DNA of 64,000 nt from Eledone cirrhosa (lineage: Eukaryota). Positions 62,693 to 64,000 of this stretch are shown here, piece after piece. How positions within the stretch are numbered: the first letter of the stretch is position 1; each line of letters begins with the position of its first letter. Location of the stretch: contig OZ024740.1 in NCBI GenBank assembly GCA_964016885.1, positions 347,758,001-347,822,000 of the forward strand, read 5' to 3'. The translations under genes and the position numbers were made by a program. Under the pieces are notes generated by a model. That model was given only the letters and a program-made list of their open reading frames with translations, did no database searches and was not told where the DNA came from.

Positions 62693-64000
62693 CAAAGGGC
62701 AAAGGAGCTCTTAAGCGTCAATGGCCATCCAAAATCACCGGGAAAGATGACCCCTTAGCCTTTGTCAAGGCAGAATTCTAGGAGAAGGAAAACTCTGATA
62801 TAACACCTGCAACTCTGATGGTATCCAATGATGTTGACTTGTTCTTCTTTTTGGTAAATATCATCTTGGTTAAGATGATACATACATACATACGTACATA
62901 CGTACATACGTATATACATACATACATACATAAATTTTGCATCTAATAACTGCATATACACTGTACAGATACAAAGCACACATATAACTCAAAACATACA
63001 CGTCCACACATACAATAACATCCATACCTACACATGCATGCATGCATATCTACCTAGTTGATGTAGTGTAAATTCCAATGAGAGAGTCTTGTAACTATGT
63101 TAGAAACCGACTCTCTTTCTATTGGCAACAAATTGTGAAATTATAAAACCAGAAGAACATACATACATACATACATGCATACATACATTTGGCTGGAATA
63201 AAGATATGTGTTCAAAACGAAAAATAAATGCAATATAGATTATTACAAAATAATTTATAAAAACTATAAATGACCCAATACAGGCTTTCAAGCGGCGGCC
63301 TCCTATTTAGAGATTTGTAACAGAATTCATTCCCAGCTTGAAGTTTGATCCATATTTATTACTTGATTTATTGAGGTGGTAAAGGATTGAAACCAATACA
63401 CGGAAGACATTTTTAGAAGTAATATTTCTTTGTCAGACATCAGACTAAATTTATAGTGTGTTGAAATTTCCAGATTTAACGAATTGTTTTTGAAGTATTT
63501 ATCGAATTTCATCAAAACAAAGTAAATAAATAGAGCTATGTTTTGACTATACAAAGCAAAAAGAATAAAAAGGAAAAAATGATTAAACCATCATATCATA
63601 ACGAAGCAACAACAAAAATATATTCATGTGGAGAATCTACACGTAAGAAAGCAGACAGACATACGGCAGAATTATAATTCATGAACGATAACTATCTGTC
63701 AGAAATACGTGGAAGCTATTGATGACCAAGCTATTAATACTTGATCTTACTCTAACGAGGTAATACGGCACTTGAAAGACTTATGTGTTGACTAAACGAT
63801 ATCAAAGCAGAGGGCAATATTCTTGGGTTAATTATTTGAACCATATCTGTAAATATATGTATGGCGCTAATTCTCTTTGATATTTTCTAAAGGAAATATT
63901 ATAGGATTATCATAGACGGTTGATAATTCAGACTGGTAGTTCTGGTGCTGGGTATGGGGAAATATGCAACTTAAATCGAGTGGAAAACACCACGTGTGAT

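Noticed and set aside
61874-62714. ORFs of up to 211 aa
   Set aside because: Stop-free frames of TA/TG low-complexity DNA.

Overview
AT-rich, microsatellite- and transposon-dense eukaryotic DNA; the repeat families suggest a coleoid cephalopod such as octopus (inference, not proven). There are two host genes in convergent orientation. The first is a complete 17-coding-exon SMPD4 (neutral sphingomyelinase-3) orthologue on + (9499-36710, about 813 aa when spliced by hand, all exon phases consistent). Its intron 4 is a textbook U12-type AT-AC minor-spliceosome intron, and it holds a Chapaev3-like remnant and an inverted SINE pair next to the branch point. The second is the large terminal exon of a two-pore-domain (K2P/TWiK) potassium channel on - (52717-53837); its upstream exons were not found in the window. 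The rest is mobile DNA: RTE-clade LINEs (one with a PHD finger inside the RT ORF), CRE-like RLE-LINE fragments, two tRNA-derived SINE families, non-autonomous Helitrons, and mariner/piggyBac/Chapaev remnants. There is also a recurring class of short fold-back elements sitting in (TA)n/(TAA)n arrays, several carrying intact or decayed hammerhead-ribozyme cores. All family assignments come from recognised motifs; no database search was run.
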